From positions 291,772,001 to 291,836,000 of the forward strand of contig OZ024743.1 in assembly GCA_964016885.1 (NCBI GenBank): a DNA stretch of 64,000 bases, written 5' to 3'. Positions 11,851-23,967 of this stretch are shown piece after piece (position 1 is the stretch's first letter; each line of letters starts with the position of its first letter). Made by a program: the position numbers and the translations under genes. Under the pieces are notes generated by a model. The model ran no database searches. It saw only the letters and a list, made by a program, of their open reading frames with translations, and was not told where the DNA came from. The stretch comes from Eledone cirrhosa. Taxonomy: Eukaryota.

Positions 11851-14697
11851 ATAATAATAAAATCCAAAGAGGGCTCGATAAGGATAAATATATATCAAAT
11901 ATATAAGAACCGTGGAGCAAATATTTATTAAAATAACAGATTAAAGTTTAAGCAAAAAATCGCTGCTTTCACCCTTAACGCGATCTTCTGAAACTAACAA
12001 AGTCAATCTGTAAACGCAGAAGTGGCTATTTCAAAATAAGTTGCAACTGGAGGAAGACAGGAAGACGATACTTTGGTTCGTGGAAACGTTCCCTATGCAA
12101 ATAAGTAATGGTATAAACATAACATAAACTTAGCTACCACATCAAGACTTAAAATATCCACGTATAGATCGTAATATCCGTTAGGGTTTAATGTGGGGCT
12201 GTAATACAGAAAGGTTTTGTGCAATTTATGTTTACAAGCCAAAATTGCCTCAGATTTTTTGTTTAAGATGAGGTCTGTGGCGTTGAATATTTCCAGGGCC
12301 TCAGCGGCGCAGAGGTCACATGGTCTTTTATTTCCGTTATACGATCTAGCCCTAGCTAGGATCACCCAGTGTAACTTATATTGGGTGTGGTTGTCTTGTA
12401 GACCCCAGATATAAGCTGAAAGTGACGTCATATTCCTTCTTAGAGAGTAACCCAAAGAATGGGTATGCATGTAAAGACGCTGCTTGAATCTATTGGCGGT
12501 TAACCCTATGTAGGCCCTACGGGACGTGGGTGTTTCAACCTTACATTTGTAGACAATGTTACTAGAGAGGCATTTCCCGGATAGGAAGCAATCAAGCCGA
12601 TTCCTACAATTACAGTTAGTACTACCTACAGGGTTGCACGTGTTCCTACGGCTAGGTAGTTTAGCTAAATTAGAAGCTGTGATGTTATGTGCAAGGTTAG
12701 GAGTCGTAAAGTAAGACATTTTAATAGTATTTCTATTAAAAATGTTACTATATTTATGTGTAGGGTAGGGGGGAAATACTTCGTAATAAGGGATAGAGAG
12801 ATCTTAGCTAATGGTGTGGTCACCTCCATATTAGATGGTGAGGTATACCATATAATGCGGCGGGATTTATTTCTTCGAGGTCTATTCTCGTACTCTGTAT
12901 ATGCTACCTTATCAACAAATCCACACCGAGCAAGAGCTTCATTGTAATAAGTGGGATGGTCGTTGAAAATATGCTCGTTAGTAGATAGACGGGAAAGCCT
13001 CAACGAAACGTTTCTTACCAGGTTCTTGGTTATGCTGGCAGGATGGGTGGAATGCTTACTTATGTAATTAAGCGTATAATTCGGCTTTCTATACGGGTAA
13101 TACAAGCCATTCGATAAATTGAGGGTAACGTCGAGGTAATTAACGACCGAGAAGTTGGCCTCAACCTGTATGGAGCGATTGAAGCCTTTAAAGAAGGCTG
13201 TGATTTCTTTTCTGAACCTGTCGCAAGTACGAGGGCCGTACTTAGTCATGGTCAAATGTCCATCATCACGGTACAAACCACCGCCCGCGTTGGGGAATTC
13301 GTCCTTGATAGAGAAAAGAAGGAAAAGGCCGATAAGATCAGTAACCTCCGCAGAATCGCTGGCGCCCATACTCACGTCGAATGGGGGTACTATTGGATTT
13401 TTAATCCAAATAGAGTCGTCGAAATTAATTTACCGACTTACGGGCATTGAGGATGATATCAACTTCGAAATCCTTAACCACTGTGAGTGTTTTAGCGAAA
13501 TTGATAGCTCTAAGAAGTGGTAAAGTGATGGAGGAGTAGTAATTATTGATGTTGAATTGGATAAAACAGCAATGTTCCTTGTTGCATATGCCGTTGAACC
13601 AATCAATCACCGCGACAGAATTGTTCCACTGTGCAAGAGGGGCCAAACTTCTAATTTCAGGTATAATTCTATCAAGAATCCTTTTACTAAGTCTACCTAA
13701 ATCGGTCTTCGTAGGGTTAATAAGCCGAATAGAGGAGTTGTTCGGAAAATTGGATTTGTGATCCTTCAGGGTAAAGTGGGGAGAAATAGGGTCCAGAGGT
13801 TACGTCAGTTCCAGGATGTTTAGATCAGAGGTTCATTTTAAATCCAGCATCGTTGATTTCATTGATGACGCACCGATTAGTTTTACGGTAATCCTTAGTT
13901 ACAGCATTATGTAGTAGTTGATGGTAAGTACTGCGCTCCACTTGATATAGTTTGCCAGTTTTGTCGGAATGGACGTGCACGGCATTAGAATCCTTAATAG
14001 AACGAATTATAGTCCTCAGGTCCTGCTGGAAGGAATTGCTCCTATTCCGAAATGTGATACTCCGTATGAGTTCCAAGACATCATTTTCGAAGGGTAGCAA
14101 AGCTGGGTTACACGGAGGGTTATTATAGGTTTTAAACCCAAATTTATCCTGTTTGTTGTCTGCTTTTCGCAGATTATCGAAATAAAAGACACGACAAAGC
14201 AACCTTTTAATGAACGCGTCTGTTTTCTGTATCAGGAGTTTTAGGTATAATTTCCTGCTTGGTACGGCTCTGTTCTTTGTAGAAATATTCAGATGTTTAT
14301 TCTGCATGATGAATATAAGTCAACAGAGTGCTCAACCGATGGAGCCAAAAAGTACTAATAATAAATTTGAAGACTAAAATCCAAAGAGGGCTCGATAAGG
14401 ATAAATATATATCAAATATATAAGAACCGAGGGCAAATATTTATTAAAATAACAGATTAATGTTTTAGCAAAGAATCGCTGCTTTCACCCTTAACGGGAT
14501 CTTCTGAAACTAACAAAGTCAATCTGTAAACGCAGAAGTGGATATTTAAAAAAAAATTGCAACCGGAGGAAGACAGGAAGACGATACTTTGGTTCGTGGA
14601 AACGTACCCTATGCAAATAAGTAATGGTATAAACATAACATATACTTAGCTACCACATCAAGACGTAAAATATCCACGTATAGATCGTACTATCCGA
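11848..14697 (-). mobile_element. Penelope-like element family A, full-length left copy with direct pLTRs (~11848-12180 and ~14352-14697)
   Basis: Frameshifted RT-EN ORF between two direct repeats, each with an HHR-like motif; abuts (TA)n at 11821-11847. Confidence 0.93.
12093..14307 (-). pseudogene. PLE RT + GIY-YIG endonuclease polyprotein (frameshifted)
   Basis: DVSMGASDSAEVTDLIG, GGLYRDDG, VNYLDVTLNL, PYRKPN, CNCRNRLDC linker, NIVYKC..AYIGLTANRFKQR, CDLCAAEALEI. The CxCx5C linker suggests the Hydra clade of PLEs (inference). Confidence 0.92.
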
Positions 14698-14878
14698 TGA
14701 AAGCAGCGATTCTTTGCTTAAACTTTAATGTGTTATTTTAATAAATATTTGCTCTACGGTTCTTATATATTTGATATATATTCATCCTTATCGAGCCCTC
14801 TTTGGATTGTAGTCTTCAAATTTATTATTATTACTATTTGGCTCCCTCGGATGAGCCCTCTATTGACTTATATTCATC

Positions 14879-17091
14879 ATGCAGAAACAACATCTGAATA
14901 TTTCTACAAAGAACATGCCCGTACCAAACAGGAAAATATACCTAAAACTCTTGAAACAGCAAACAGACGCGTTCATTGAAAGATCGCGTTGGCTTCCCTT
15001 TTATTTCGATAATCCGCGAAAAGCAGACACCAAACAGGATAAATTTAGGTTTAAAACCTATAATAACCCACCGTGTAACCCAGCATTGTTACCCTTCGAA
15101 ATTGATGTCTTGGATCTCATACGGAGTATCAAATTTCGGAATAGGAGGAATTCTTTCGAGTAGGACCTGAAGAATAGAATTCGTTCTATTAAAGATTCTA
15201 ATGCCGTGCACGTCCATTCCGACAAAACTGGCAACATATATCAAGTGGAGCGCAGTACTTACCATCAACTACTAGATAATGCTGTAACAAAGGATTACCG
15301 TAAAACTAATCGGTGCGTCATCAATGAAATCACCGATGCTGGGTTTAAAATCACCTCTGATCTCAACATCCCGGACCGGACCGAACCTCTGGACACTATT
15401 TCTCCCCACTTTACCCTGAAGGACCACAAATCCAATTTTCCGAATAACGGCTCTATTCGGCTTATTAACCCCATGAAGACCGATTTAGGTAGACTTAGTA
15501 AAATGATTCTTGATAGAATTATACCTGAAATTAGAAGGTTGGCCCCTCTTGCTCTGTGGAACAATTCTGTCGCGGTGATTGATTGGTTCAAAGGCATATG
15601 CAACAAGGAACATTGCCGTGTTATCCAATTCGACATCAATAATTACTACTCCTCCATCACTTTACCACTTCTCCTTAGAGCTATCAATTTCGCTAAAACA
15701 CTCACAGTGGTTAAATATTTCGAAGGTGATGTCATCCTCAATGCCCGTAAGTCGATGATTAATTTCGACGACTCTATTTGGATTAAAAAATCCAATAGTA
15801 CCCAATTCGACGTTAGTATGGGCGCCAGCGATTCTGCGGAGGTTACTGATCTTATCGGCCTTTTCCTTCTTTTCTCTATCAAGAACGAAATCCCCAACGC
15901 GGGCGGTGGTTTGTACCTTGATGTTGGACTTTTGACCAAGACTAAGTACGGCCCTCGTACTTGCGACAGGTTCAGAAAAGAACTCACAGCCTTCTTTAAA
16001 GGCTTCAACCTCTCTATACAGGTTGAGGCCAACTTCTCGGTCGTTATTTACCTCGACGTTACACTCAATTTATCGAATGGCTTGTATTACCCGTATAGAA
16101 AGCCGAATTATACGCTTAATTACATAAGTAAGCATTCCAACCATCCTGCCAGCATAACCAAGAACCTGGTAAGAAATGTTTCGTTGAGGCTTTCCCGTCT
16201 ATCTACTAACGAGCATATTTTCAACGACCATTCCACTTATTACAATGAAGCTCTTGCTCGGAGTGGATTTGTCGATAAGTTAGTATATACAGAGTACGAG
16301 AATAGACCTAGAAGAAATAGATCCCGTCGCATTATATGGTATAACCCACCATATAATATGGAGGTGGCACACCATTAGCTAAGTTCTTTCTATCCCTTAT
16401 TTCGAAGCATTTTGCCCCTACCCTACACATAAATATAGTAATATTTTAATAGAAATACTATTAAAATTTCTTACTCTACGACTCCTAACCTTGCACATAA
16501 CATCACAGCTTCTAATTTAGCTAAACTACCAGGCCGTAGGAACACGTGCAACCCTGTAGTTAGTACTAACTGTAATTGTAGGAATCGGCTTGATTGCCCC
16601 CTATCCGGGAAATGCTTCTCTAGTAACACTGTCTACAAATGTAAGGTTGAAACACCCACGTCCCGTAGGGCCTACATATGGTTAACCGCCAATAGATTCA
16701 AGCAGCGTCTTTACATGCATACCCATTCTTTTCGTACCTTCTAAGAAGGAATATGACGTCACTTTCAGCTTATATCTGGAGTCTAAAAGACAACCACACC
16801 CAATATAAGTTACACTGGGAGATCCTAGCTAGGGCTAGATCGTATAATGGAAACAAAAGACCATGTGACCTCTGCGCCGCTGAGGCCCTGGAAATACTCT
16901 ACGCCACAGACCACATCTTAAACAAAAAGTCTGAGGCGATTTCGGCTTGTAAACATAAATTGCACAAAACTTTCCTGTATTACAGCCCCACATTATACAC
17001 TAACGGACAGTACGATCTATACGTGGATATTTTACGTCTTGATGTGGTAGGTAAGTATATGTTATGTTTATACCATTACTTATTTGCATAG
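14879..17091 (+). pseudogene. PLE RT + GIY-YIG polyprotein (stop at 15161, frameshifts near 16375 and 16740)
   Basis: ORFs 14879-15163, 15206-16378 and 16753-17091 are collinear with the left copy; catalytic YRDD is mutated to YLDV. Confidence 0.92.
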
Positions 17092-17172
17092 GGAACGTTT
17101 CCACGAACCAAAATATCTCTTCCTGCCTTCCTCCGATTGCAACGCTTTTTGAAATATCCACTTCTGCGTTTA

Positions 17173-17246
17173 CAGATTGACTTTGTTAGTTTCAGAAGAT
17201 CCCGTTAAGGGTGAAAGCAGCAATTTTTTGCTTAAACTTTAATCTG
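17173..17246 (+). ncRNA. Type I hammerhead-like motif with variant core CAGAAGA (family A; minus-strand copies at 11937-12010, 14453-14526, 56832-56903, 57183-57253)
   Basis: Stem I AGTTT/AAACT extended by CAGATTGA/TTAATCTG across a bulge; stem II CCC/GGG; GAAA; stem III AGCA/TGCT; CUU triplet. Confidence 0.7.
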
Positions 17247-17258
17247 TTATCTTAATAA

Positions 17259-17381
<123 letters not shown>

Positions 17382-17722
17382 AACTTGATTTTCTTTCAGA
17401 GGAATATTGTCACAGACAATTCTGAATATCTGTGTGTGTGTTATTGATTTATAATTTAAAGACATTTTTGACTCCATACCAATTTTGCCACCTTGTTGAA
17501 CTGAAACTAGAAATCAGAAATCATTAAAAATACGCCTCTCAGAAAGAAAGAAAAAACAATATGTGAAACAGAAACGAAGCAAAAATAAATTATCTGTCTA
17601 ATTAATTACATACCTTCAACGTACTCTTTCCTTATCAACTAAATATAGTTAACAACCAAAACCTAATTTGGTAGAAACTTAAATTAACCTAATAAATGTT
17701 TGGTTAGATTATCATAATATCA

Positions 17723-17894
17723 TAATTGTTTCTACTTTAGGCACAAGGCCAGCAAATTACCCAGTGCGTTACTGGTACTTTATTTTATCGACCCCGTAAG
17801 GATGAAAGGCAAAGTCAACCTCGGCGGGATTTGAACTCAGATCGTAAAGGGACGTAACTATGCTGGAAAGCATGGCGTCCGACCCTCTACCGAC
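17723..17894 (-). mobile_element. tRNA-derived SINE with Meta-domain-like core
   Basis: Minus strand has B box GAGTTCAAATCC followed by GTTGACTTTGCCTTTCATCC..GGGGTCGATAAAATAAAGTACCAG; about eight copies in the window. Confidence 0.8.
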
Positions 17895-18440
17895 GGTGAA
17901 ACAGATAACACACGCAGTAAAATCGCTGAGAAACTTTCTTCACTTTCTTATAAGAAAACTAAAGAAGATAAATTTAAGAAATTGCAAATTCAGTTTAAGT
18001 TGTGCATAAATATTTAGCAAAACTTGAAACTGTACTGGTTATCGAGTGCAGCTCTTTATCCTTCTTCACATCAGCAAGTAATGAGCTGCTTCAACAGACT
18101 GATCAGCAAAATCAGCAAGCCGCTACCACTATTTGGGGTACTAAATCTGATTCCATTTCAAATGAAAACACGTCTTTCCTAGAAGAAGGTTTACTGTATA
18201 CATGTTTGTAGAGACCTCAGTAATTTACATGTTAAAGTAACGTGTAAAACGTTCTGTCAAGAGAACTAGCGGATTTCGCATCATCTAAATATATGAAGAA
18301 GGTCCATATAACTTTTATCTCATTCACTATCAGACGTCATATATAAATATTCTTAATTTTACTATGTTCTATGTTTTAATTGAATATTTTCTAAACCGAA
18401 TTCCATGTCAATGTCACTACTGCTTCCATCTATTGAATAA

Positions 18441-18842
18441 ATAATTGTTTATATTTTTGGCACCAGGCCAGCAATTATCCCAGTGTATTACTGGTACTTT
18501 ATTTTATCGTCCCCGTAAGGATGAAAGGCAAAGTTAACCTCGGCGGGATTTGAACTCAGACCATAAAGGGCCGTAACTCTTTGCTACAAAGCATGGCGTC
18601 TCACCCTCTACCGATACTACCAATCCATCTATTGAATAAATAATGGTTTCTAATTCAAGTACAAATACATTTCGACGGAGGAAACGAGATATGGCATCTA
18701 CCGAAGTGACTTACTGGCATTTCATTCTATAGAATGGGAAGGAGAAAAGATCAAATTGACCCCGGTTTCGATGGGAATTCAGAAGGTAAAGAGCCGTAAC
18801 TAAATGACGAAAAAATTCTCCCGACACCCTAAAGATTCCGCT
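18441..18842 (-). mobile_element. Two adjacent copies of the same tRNA-SINE (second, ~18640-18842, strongly diverged)
   Basis: Homology to 17723-17894. Confidence 0.75.
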
Positions 18843-19832
18843 AAATTTCTTGTCTGATGCGTAAAATGTTCTCATTGTAAATTTAGCAGATCTGATATAT
18901 CTGATTTTAACGTGTGATATTCTTTTAGACTACAATTTAAAGAATCAATAGATGATGAATAAAGTAAAAACCTGCTTATAAATTTCTGACAATTTCTAGT
19001 TCTAGTTTATTCATAGCTAAATGTTTAGGGATCTACTGATAGTTTAGATAAAAAAGCATGATTTTGTAATTTCCTTTGTCATATATTATTCTTTTATCGG
19101 GAAACTTTCTTGACTTTCGGGGGAAAATATTAAACAATCTCGTGAAATTTGATTTGACGTTATCTGTTTGTGAAGTATGTTAAACATTCTGTTAGATATG
19201 ATTATAACTAGAGCATTTCCATTTTAAAAAGTTCGTGTAAAATGTCAATCACATTTTTTATTGCTTTAGAGAAATTATTCATTGTTGATATATATTCCTC
19301 TGTGACATGGCTGAATGTTTAAGAACTCCCGTTTCACATTCATGATGTCCTAGATTCGACTCCACTTTTTGGCAATTATTTTCGTCATAGCCTTGGATCG
19401 CTGCAGGCATTGTACATGTACGAGGCTGCATAGAAAATATGTGGAAGCTCGTAGGGTAAATTCTATGTCTGAAATTCAAAAGTCCAGTCCAATAATTTAG
19501 TTAAGTGTCAATGCACCTGTGGAGTACTCCTACACTTACATGATAACTAACTTATTACACATTCAGTTGTTCGATTAAACCGAATGGTCATAGTCAAAAT
19601 CGACGGAGGAAACATATAGCCTTCTACTAAAACATTTCTTGGTTCTAGATTCATCTTCAAAATATGATTCCAAAATAATGTATGTTATTTCTTAAAACTG
19701 TCTTGTCTTCTCCAATTGCATTACTTAGTCTAATTCAATAGAATTTAAGAGTTTATTTTCCAGACGGGAATTTGCAAAAGATTTGTTTTCCCAAATATAC
19801 AGTTACTGTATATTTTAGTATTGAAGGGTCTG

Positions 19833-19967
19833 AGCGTCCCTTTACGGTCTGAGTTCAAAATCCCGCCAAGGTTAACTTTGCCTTTCATCCTCACGGGGTA
19901 GATAAAATAAAGTACCAGTAATGCACTGGGTAATTGCTGGCCTTGTGCCAAAAGTAGAAACAATTAT
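19833..19967 (+). mobile_element. tRNA-SINE copy, 5' truncated
   Basis: Reverse-complement homology to 17723-17894. Confidence 0.8.
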
Positions 19968-20986
19968 ATTATTGAAGGGTGGTAATATCTGACATAATGA
20001 TCGTTTTCATTTTGTTTATGATTGTCTTGTTCAGTTTTCTAATTCGTGTTTAGAATGGCTATCTCTTATAACAATATATAAATGTTTATATAGGCTAGCA
20101 TTTTCAGTTAAGAAAACAATAGAAGTAGAAATATGTCGATATTTAGCTTACCTTCACATTAATATTTTCATTGGTTGTGTGAATACGATCACAAACAATA
20201 ACCACTACCAGTCTGATCATTACATTATTTTACATCCCCATATCATTAATTTGTAAAATATTAATGCTGTTAATAACATAATCACAATCATTGTAACTAG
20301 GAATTAGCTGTACTTCATTTACACAGTTTGTTTCCTCGAGAGTCTGATGATATGAATATGATTTATAGTTATTTCTCAAGGGAAAATATGAGAGAAACTG
20401 AAACATAACCTTTTTCAGACTGGCACAAAGTAACAAATTGAATAAAGATTACAGTGGCTTTGGTAGTAATGATGTTAGTGAATATGATGATGCTCATGAC
20501 ACTGAGAAGATTTCTGATAACATGACGTTAATGGTGTTGTGGGAAACGATAGTATTATTGATAATGGTGATGGTGTTAGTGATCCTTGTTGGGGATATCA
20601 CAATAGTTATTGCAGTAAAGGTGATAGATGTGTTAGTAATGTTTGTAATCGTAGTAAAGCTGGTGCCAATATGTATGAGTTCATAGTATTTGAATGCTTC
20701 TCATTGATATTACTCTTCCTATGATCTAAACTATTGTTTCATTATGTCAAACATACAAATAAAACGATGTGGTAATCTGTTTCCAACTTCGTATACTGTA
20801 GTTAATTATATATAAGACACCAGTACCTAGGCATTATTTAGACAAGGATCGTTATAAAAATTTAATTCATATATTAGGCATCTGTTAATTTTTGGTCTCC
20901 CACCACACCATTAACGTCATGTGTATCAGATATCTGATCAGTGTCATGAACGTCATCATATTCACTTATTCACTAACATCATTACT

Positions 20987-21064
<78 letters not shown>

Positions 21065-22030
21065 ATTGAAGTTTCCGTTGAAAATTGAAAAGGTCATAGG
21101 AGTGAAGAGTGCTCTATGTAAGTTACAGAGCTAAATTTAATGTATAATAAACAATACAATATAATTACCTCATTACTAGAGGTTTCCCGAATAAGACGAA
21201 TACAAGAAACGTCCTCATTCGTTCGTCAGACAAGGCAATTTAAAACATAGTGAAATATTTGAAAAATCTCCTCAAGAAGGGCATAAGTTTAACGGGCAAA
21301 AAAAATATATAAATAAAAGTAATGCGAGAGAAATATAAAAATTTAATAAGGAAATATAGTAAGGGTATATGTATAAATGTGTGTATATTCACCTACAAAT
21401 GTACATATGTGTGTATGTACAAATGCATGTGTATAGTGAAAAAATGTGTCCGTAAGTACATACATGAGGGCAAGCATATCAGGGTATGTGTGACCACAAA
21501 TACGTATATAATACATGTTGAAAAAAGAAATTGTAAGATAATAGAGTTAGCGTACATAGAGACTCAGGGACTAAGGATTGAAATATATACACATACAAGT
21601 ATGAAAGCACGCGTATAAACAAACACTCACGCGCAACCACATACATGCATGTGATATATATACAGGGAAGAGAGTGTATCGGTCAAAGCAGTGTCAGGCT
21701 GAAGGTCGATCCATATATAAAAATATAAAATATGAAAATGAAAAAATGAAAAAATATATGAGAATAAAAAAATTAAATCAAAGAGAAAGTAAGAAGGAGG
21801 GGTTATCAATTATAAAGTAACACTAGAAAAAATAGAAAACATACATAGGTTCGTACACACACATATATATATAAATATATATATAAATACAGACAAAAGC
21901 ACATACATACGTAGATACATACAAAAGCGCGCATACATACACACGAACACATATTTATACATACATGTACATCTAATCACACGCACGCACGCAACCATAT
22001 ATATATACATATATATATACATATATATGC

Positions 22031-22212
22031 AAAAGTTCTATTTAAATTGTTTGGATACAACAAGCAAATATTTTTATAACTGATATAAAGCACTCGACAA
22101 ATATTTGGAGTAGATATACGATATTAATAAATGGAAACTATATTTATAAAACCATATTTATTTCATTATATATATTTCAAGGATACCAAGTTAAATTATG
22201 GTATGCCTTCAT
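22031..22212 (-). mobile_element. Truncated pLTR-like end of family D
   Basis: Homologous to 25742-25925; HHR core cut off; abuts a TA-rich tract. Confidence 0.65.
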
Positions 22213-22383
22213 ACGCGTGTATACCAATTGGGTGAAGATGCACACACATATCTATTCATGTATAGCTAAGAAGTATGCGATACGGTGTTAAGGCAACCAC
22301 GTCACCTTTTTGTTCAACACTGACACAGGAACGATGTACTAGTATATACTTTCGAACGTTCAACTATCTGGCAGATGGGTAAA

Positions 22384-22424
22384 CGGTGCTGATGATAGCT
22401 AACAAGCTTGAAACTAGTACATCG
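22384..22424 (+). ncRNA. Minimal type I hammerhead ribozyme, unit 1
   Basis: CGGTG-CTGATGA-tAGCT aaca AGCTt-GAAACTAG-TA-CATCG; canonical core, palindromic stem III ACTAGT, GUA triplet. Confidence 0.88.
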
Positions 22425-22855
22425 ATCCGGTGTCAGTGTTGAACAAAAAGGTGACGTGGTTGCCTTAACACCGTATGGCATAAATTCAGGCTGTTCAGTT
22501 TGTTTACAAACAAACAAAGCGACGTTATAATAAGCGCCGATAAACTGATACGTGCATATATGTATGTGTACCTGTATGCATATGTATGTATATATGTATA
22601 TATATATATATATGTGCATGCTACTGTACGTCTGTATACATATATGTATGTACGTATACATGCATACTTACATTTAAGTAAGTGCCATACTAAGAGTGAG
22701 AAATGAAATTTCGTTTTCATTTTGTTTCAATTTATCGTTTTCGGTATGCCTGACCGATTTAACTCACTCAATATGCAAATTAGGCTGCTCAGCCGTTAAT
22801 TTTCATAAGGAAAGTATATACTTTCGAACGTTCAACTATCTGGCAGATGGGTAAA

Positions 22856-22896
22856 CGCTGCTGATGATAGCTAACAAGCTTGAAACTAGTACATCG
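22856..22896 (+). ncRNA. Minimal type I hammerhead ribozyme, unit 2
   Basis: Same as unit 1 with one stem I substitution (CGCTG). Confidence 0.85.
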
Positions 22897-23062
22897 TTCT
22901 TGTGTCAGTGTTGAACAAAAAGGTGACGTGGTTGCCTTAACACCGTATGGCATAAATTCAGGCTGTTCAGTTTGTTTACAAACGAACAAAGCGACGTTAT
23001 AATAAGCGCCGCTAAACTGATACGTGCATATATGTATGTGTACCTGTATGCATATGTATGTA

Positions 23063-23158
<96 letters not shown>

Positions 23159-23395
23159 TGCTACTGTACGTCTGTATACATATATGTATGTACGTATACA
23201 TGCATACTTACATTTAAGTAAGTGCCATACTAAGAGTGAGAAATGAAATTTCGTTTTCATTTTGTTTCAATTTATCGTTTTCGGTATGCCTGACCGATTT
23301 AACTCACTCAATATGCAAATTAGGCTGCTCAGCCGTTAATTTTCATAAGGAAAGTATATACTTTCGAACGTTCAACTATCTGGCAGATGGGTAAA

Positions 23396-23436
23396 CGGTG
23401 CTGATGATAGCTAACAAGCTTGAAACTAGTACATCG
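23396..23436 (+). ncRNA. Minimal type I hammerhead ribozyme, unit 3
   Basis: Identical to the unit 1 motif. Confidence 0.88.
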
Positions 23437-23774
23437 TTCCTGTGTCAGTGTTGAACAAAAATGTGACGTGGTTGCCTTAACACCGTATGGCATAAATTCG
23501 GGCTGTTCAGTTTGTTTACAATCGAACGAAGCGACGTTATAATAAGCGCCGCTAAACTGATACGTGCATATATGTATGTGTACCTGTATGCATATGTATG
23601 TATATATGTATATATATATATATATATGTGCATGCTACTGTACGTCTGTATACATATATGTATGTACGTATACATGCATACTTACATTTAAGTAAGTGCC
23701 ATACTAAGAGTGAGAAATGAAATTTCGTTTTCATTTTGTTTCAATATATATATATGTATATATATATAGTGAAA

Positions 23775-23962
23775 TAATTGTTTCTACTTTTGGCACAAGG
23801 CCAGCAATTACCCAGTGCATTACTGGTACTTTATTTTATCGACCCCGTAAGGATGAAAGGCAAAGTTAACCTCGGCGGGATTTGAACTCAGAATGGCAAG
23901 GGACGTAACTCTATGCGTCAAAGCATGGCGTCGGACCCTCTACCGATACTGCCAATCTACCG
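23775..23962 (-). mobile_element. tRNA-SINE, near full length
   Basis: Minus strand has A box-like TGGCAGTATCGGTAGA, B box GAGTTCAAATCC and the same core as 17723-17894. Confidence 0.82.
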
Positions 23963-23967
23963 CCCTA

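Larger units (their letters stand above)
22274..23744 (+). mobile_element. Tandem HHR array (non-LTR retrozyme-like): three units, periods 472 and 540 bp, plus a 5' inverted fragment 22274-22343
   Basis: Near-identical non-coding units start at ~22341, ~22813 and ~23353, each with one minimal HHR and an internal variable (TA)n; ends in (TA)n. Confidence 0.85.

Noticed and set aside
15161-15163. Possible recoded stop (selenocysteine or readthrough, as in some Naiad PLEs)
   Set aside because: The stop is TAG where the sister copy has CAG, the endonuclease is C-terminal, and frameshifts show ordinary decay.
20152-20397. Possible minus-strand exon with good splice signals
   Set aside because: All three frames contain a stop and no homology is recognisable.
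22341-23744. CRISPR-like or simple satellite interpretation of the tandem array
   Set aside because: Whole units repeat with no unique spacers, there are no cas genes, and the context is eukaryotic.
17723-23962. tRNA genes suggested by A/B boxes
   Set aside because: The boxes belong to multi-copy SINE heads followed by a SINE core, with no complete cloverleaf.
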